Shown here piece after piece: positions 61,439-64,000 of a stretch of 64,000 nucleotides of DNA; positions within the stretch are counted from its first letter, which is position 1, and every line of letters begins with the position of its first letter. This DNA comes from an uncultured Verrucomicrobiae bacterium (GTDB lineage Bacteria; Verrucomicrobiota; Verrucomicrobiia; Chthoniobacterales; UBA10450). The notes under the pieces are model-generated. The model did no database searches. It saw only the letters and a list, made by a program, of their open reading frames with translations, and was not told the DNA's origin. The stretch spans positions 709,219 to 773,218 of the forward strand of contig CAVUNK010000008.1 in the NCBI GenBank assembly GCA_963742845.1, in the 5' to 3' direction. The position numbers were made by a program, and so were the translations under genes.

Positions 61439-62483
61439 GGTGCGCGAGCGCTTCGATCTCAGCGGTCTGGGGGAACATGTCGAACGGGGTGACGCTCTCG
61501 AGCGAGTAGCCCGCGCCAAGATCCGCGAGGTCGCGCGCGAGTGTGGGCGGATTGCAGGAGACGTAGAGCAGTGTCGCCGCCGGATACGCGCGCAGGATTT
61601 CGCGCACGTCGGCACCGAGCCCGGTGGCCGGCGGATCCACCAGCACGGTCGTGAGGTTGAGATCGGCGCGGCTTAGCTCGGACTCGAGCCGCTGCGCGAG
61701 ATCGCCGGCGAAATAAGATTCGTTAGGCGCGGCGTCTGCTTCCGCGGCGGCGATCGCGTGGATGTCCCAGTCGAGGCCGACGGTGCGGACGAATTTACCG
61801 AGGAGACGCTTGGCGAAAAACCCGGCGCCGCAGTAGCCGTCGATGAGGAGCGACTGCTCCGGCGGCACGAGCGCGCCGATCGCCGCGGCGAGCGCTTCCG
61901 CGACGGCGTCGTTCGTCTGCGAGAACACGCGCGGGCCGCTCCGCGCGCGCAAAGTGTAATGCCCATCGCGCGGACGTCCGGCGCGGAGCGCGGCGAGTTC
62001 TTCGTTCACTTCGCCGGCGGAGATCGGGCACTGCTCGATGTCGATTAACCGATGAACGTCGCGCCGGAAAAATCCGATGACGCCCTCCTCGACGTGGACG
62101 GTAATCCGGTTGCGATAGCCATATTCGAGGGGCGAGGGGACGATCGGCTGCAAAGGTGGCTCGGAGAATTTGCCGATCCGCCGCAAAGCCGAGCGGACCT
62201 GCTCGGTTTTCCAATGCAGCTGGCTCGCGTAGCTCATGTGCTGATACGCGCACCCGCCGCAGCGACCGAAATAGGGACACGGCGGCTCGACCCGCTCCGG
62301 CGAAGCCTCTTCCAGCCTAACGACCTCGGCTTCGGCGAACGATTTTTTCTCCCGGACGATCCCGGCGGTGACCCGCTCGTCCGCGATCGTGAACGGCACG
62401 AAGACCGCCTTGCCCTCGGCGCGGCCGACGCCTTTGCCGCCGAACGCAATGTCCTCGATCACCAGTTCCACTTCGCGCTGCAT
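61422..62483 (-). CDS. RumA/RlmD-family RNA (uracil-5-)-methyltransferase (TRAM plus Fe-S plus SAM MTase)
   Basis: TRAM (IEDIAFGGKGVGR..), Cys cluster CPYFGRCGGCAYQH, SAM motif LIDGYCGAGFF and catalytic ..YVSCNP.. The ATG at 62483 was chosen. The TAG stop is inside a motif copy. Confidence 0.85.
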   Translation of the reverse strand: MQREVELVIEDIAFGGKGVGRAEGKAVFVPFTIADERVTAGIVREKKSFAEAEVVRLEEASPERVEPPCPYFGRCGGCAYQHMSYASQLHWKTEQVRSALRRIGKFSEPPLQPIVPSPLEYGYRNRITVHVEEGVIGFFRRDVHRLIDIEQCPISAGEVNEELAALRAGRPRDGHYTLRARSGPRVFSQTNDAVAEALAAAIGALVPPEQSLLIDGYCGAGFFAKRLLGKFVRTVGLDWDIHAIAAAEADAAPNESYFAGDLAQRLESELSRADLNLTTVLVDPPATGLGADVREILRAYPAATLLYVSCNPPTLARDLADLGAGYSLESVTPFDMFPQTAEIEALAHLTPVR

Positions 62484-62539
62484 CCGCGGACTTTCGCAGA
62501 GCAGCGCGGCGGCGTCGAAGGGGGATTGATTCGGAAGTT

Positions 62540-63007
62540 TTACAATAGCGCCCGCACCGCGTTCAGGTCGGGATCGGTCTTCGCGATGTCGCGGAAAGTT
62601 GCGTCCATCTTGAAGCTGATCTGCAAATGTTTCTTCGCGATTCGGACATTGCCGAGGAGCGCTTCGTAGCAGCCCATGTTGTAATAAAAAATCGGCTCCT
62701 GGCGCAGGCACTTCGGCCCGAGCAAGAGAATGCGCCGTGCAGCCGCGGTTCGGCCCATCTGATTGAGGCAAAAGCCGGCGTGGAGAAAACCTGACCCGCT
62801 GTTTGGCGCGACGCGGCAGAGCTTGCGACTAAGCGCGAGCGCGCGCGCCCAGGCTTTGCGCTGCATCAAATGATGGAGGCGCAGGAGCAACACTTCAGGC
62901 CGGTTTTGTTCCTCGGCCGCGATGGCGTTCAGCTCGGCGATGGATTCGCGGACCATCCCGAGTTCGGCATAACCGCAGGCGGCGCGCAATTGCCACTGGA
63001 GTCTCAT
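62540..63007 (-). CDS. TPR-like helical repeat protein
   Basis: 155 aa of helical repeats (..EPIFYYNMGCYEALLGNVRIAKKHLQISFKMD..). Confidence 0.45.
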   Translation of the reverse strand: MRLQWQLRAACGYAELGMVRESIAELNAIAAEEQNRPEVLLLRLHHLMQRKAWARALALSRKLCRVAPNSGSGFLHAGFCLNQMGRTAAARRILLLGPKCLRQEPIFYYNMGCYEALLGNVRIAKKHLQISFKMDATFRDIAKTDPDLNAVRALL

Positions 63008-63123
63008 GCTTTCCTCTAAAAGCAGTTCTCGCGCCTGTAGCCCCTTCGCTCGGCGAAGCGTGGAAGTTTCCTCCGAATTTTTTTGCAGTTGAGGCCGAGA
63101 TTGTGTCGCCCGCAGGGCGACAG

Positions 63124-64000
63124 CTACAGCAGCGTCTCCAGTTCGTGCACCCGCCGATCGAAGAGCGCAGCGTGGCGTCCACCGGCGCGGGGGTGGACAT
63201 GTCGACGCCCGCTTTTTGCAGCGTTTCGATCGGGAATTTCGAGCCGCCGGATTTCAGGAAGCCGAGATAGGCCTCGACCGCTCCGGCGCGCCCGCTGAGC
63301 ACTTGCTCCGCGAGCGCGACCGCGGCGCTGAGGCCGGTGGCGTATTTGTAAACGTAGAACGCGCTGTAGAAATGCGGGATGCGCAGGCACTCGAGCTCGA
63401 GCTCCGGGTCGATGCGCGAAGTCGGGGCCGAAGTAGGCGTCGAGCAGCTTCGCGATAGTCGCTTGCGGAAAGTGTCGAGCGTGAGCGGTTCGCCGCTCTC
63501 CTCGATCGCGTGCGATGACTTTCTCGAACTCGGCGAACATCGTCTGCCGGATAGACCGTGCCGCGGATGTCGTCGATCTGCCGGTTGATGAGGTAGGCGC
63601 GCATCTTCGGGTCGTCGGTCTGCTCGAGCAGATGATGCGTGAGCAGCTCTTCGTTGAAGGTGCTCGCCACCTCCGCGAGGAAGATCGGGTAGTCGTAGGT
63701 CTGGAACGGCTGCGTGCGCTGCGCATAGCCAGGTGTGCATCGAGTGCCCGGCCTCGTGCGCGAGCGTGTAGACGTCGGCGAAAACGTCGCGCTTGTAGTT
63801 CATCAGGATGTACGGCGGACGTGCCGTAGCTGCCGATGGAACTGAACGCGCCGCTGCGTTTGCCTTTGTTTTCGTAGCGATCGCACCAGCGCCCGCGCAG
63901 GCCCGTCGCCGAGCGTGTCGCAGTATTCGTCGCCGAGCGGCGCGAGCGAGGCGAGCACTTTCTCGATCGCTTCGTCGAAGGACACGTCGGTCTCGATGTC
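63124..64000 (-). pseudogene. pepF: oligoendopeptidase F (M3B), 3' portion, at least 4 frameshifts; continues beyond the window
   Basis: Fragments lie in three frames: ..VYTLAHEAGHSMH (HExxH), ..ASTFNEELLTHHLLEQTDDPKMRAYLINRQIDDIRGT.., ..RQTMFAEFEKVI.., ..RIPHFYSAFYVYKYATGLSAAVALAEQVL..FLKSGGSKFPIETLQKAGVDMS.., ..ELETLL*. Confidence 0.85.

Noticed and set aside
63100-63121. Hairpin GTCGCCC-GCA-GGGCGAC as a pepF terminator.
   Set aside because: There is no U-tract after the stem in the minus-strand orientation, so the evidence is too weak.

Overview
High-GC bacterial chromosomal segment. The protein repertoire suggests a Verrucomicrobiota-like soil organism, but that is only a guess. About 65 protein-coding genes are packed tightly on both strands. 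I could not support any rRNA, tRNA, CRISPR array, transposase or prophage. Recognisable content, in order: a YadA-like/S74 surface protein; recQ; a tetR-hlyD-ABC efflux operon; a GNAT plus nitrilase-family pair; thrS; rpoN; a DUF721/DciA-like gene; the mntR-mntH divergon; fba-ackA; a cbb3 oxidase module (ccoS-N-O-x-I); phosphoketolase; a complete N-type (Na+) ATPase operon atpDC-QR-BEFA-[P1B ATPase]-G; sufCBD; two GH75-like hydrolases; mog-moaC-moaA; two CNNM/CorC genes; modBC; a YyaL-like thioredoxin-domain protein; an RNA uracil methyltransferase; and a decayed pepF. Main observations: (1) The 9-mer GCCTAACGA occurs at least 62 times, about 1 per kb, on both strands, in all six reading frames and in intergenic DNA. 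Base composition predicts about 1-2 copies, so this is a DNA-level signal resembling a DNA uptake sequence. (2) A helically phased array of about 14 palindrome-bearing 21-bp units sits in a 0.9-kb non-coding gap. (3) A TPCP-motif P1B-type ATPase is translationally coupled inside the N-ATPase operon. (4) Two inverted nested-palindrome MITE-like elements flank one gene. (5) At least 17 single-base frameshifts interrupt otherwise well-conserved genes; these may be assembly indels or real decay. All coordinates and counts come from manual reading and should be recomputed.
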